A stretch of DNA of 64,000 bases from Rhina ancylostomus. Lineage: Eukaryota. The stretch spans positions 45,347,506 to 45,411,505 of the forward strand of contig JARFYF010000001.1 in the NCBI GenBank assembly GCA_030265395.1, read 5' to 3'. The notes below the pieces were generated by a model. It was not told the origin of the DNA. It saw only the letters and a program-made list of their open reading frames with translations, and did not search any database. This document shows positions 63,201-64,000 of the stretch, in pieces (the first letter of the stretch is position 1; the number at the start of each line of letters is the position of its first letter). The position numbers and the translations under genes are program-made.

Positions 63201-64000
63201 CCCTAAAGTATAAAACACACTATATTTTATTTACAACCTTCCGTTTCCTCTTGTCGATTCACAGCACAGTTAATGAAAAACTAATATAATTGTTGTTTCT
63301 GTCGGAGAAGTACAATGACTGGAAGAGAACCGAGACTTCTGTTTTTGGTGTTTAATAAAGAAGGAAGGTAGGATCGCTAATTTCAATCGCCCCAAACAAA
63401 AAAGCAGAACTATTTGAGGGACAATATTGAGATTCATGACAAGAAGCTGCAAAACGCAAAACAATGCCCAAGTGAATGCTTATATTTCCAAACTGATCTT
63501 TTCACCTCCAGGTGCCGGTCGCTCGCCCTCCACCCCCCCCCCCCCACCCCACCAACAACCCCAACTCCGCCCCATATGGTTACAGCGTTAAAATGGAAGC
63601 TAACCTCGTACATATCGAGGTTTTTATTGGAAAGCGTGGGAAAATTGCTGACATAGTTATTTTATCATAAAAGCCCATTACCAACTGAGTAGGTAATGTG
63701 TACTTGCGGAACTTTTATCTCCAAATCGTTGGCCAAGTACTGCGAAGCCACATCCTCTGCGTCAGACGCTTAGCTGTCTAGCATCTAGTGAATCGATATG
63801 CTTAACTGCCGTGAATATGAAAAAGGGCGCCATTCTTTAAATCTATATGTGCACTTTGATTTGGGATTCGTCCAATACAATGTCGTAGTGTGAGTATAAT
63901 CTGTGATAAAATAAGTGTGTACGCTGCTTCTGAGTGTTACACAATACCATCTTCAGTCATTTTCGCCGAATACTACCCGAATCAAATGATCTGCTTTCAG

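Noticed and set aside
60279-64000. HoxD1
   Set aside because: No PG1 exon or homeobox is visible; it probably lies beyond the window end.

Overview
This is vertebrate genomic DNA (AT-rich, intron-containing, ten N gaps): the central and 3' part of a HoxD cluster, with all genes on the + strand in the order HoxD10, HoxD9, HoxD8, HoxD5, mir-10b, HoxD4, HoxD3, HoxD2. An intact HoxD5 together with a HoxD2 points to a cartilaginous fish (shark, ray or chimaera); I cannot name the species. Each gene has two coding exons with GT/AG boundaries that can be read directly. HoxD3 and HoxD2 are partly obscured by assembly gaps. Three classic DR5 retinoic-acid response elements and a near-perfect miR-196 site in the HoxD8 3'UTR are visible. 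I found no recognisable transposon. The main novel lead is in the apparently empty 9-kb HoxD8-HoxD5 interval. It appears to hold a fossil HoxD7 (retained Hox7-type promoter/5'UTR, dead start codon, possible decayed homeobox), a weaker fossil HoxD6, and an orphan promoter with a non-coding first exon between them. A recurring (A/T)(T/C)TGG-N9-11-E-box promoter module marks live genes and most orphan sites alike. All comparisons with other species are from memory and need alignment to confirm.
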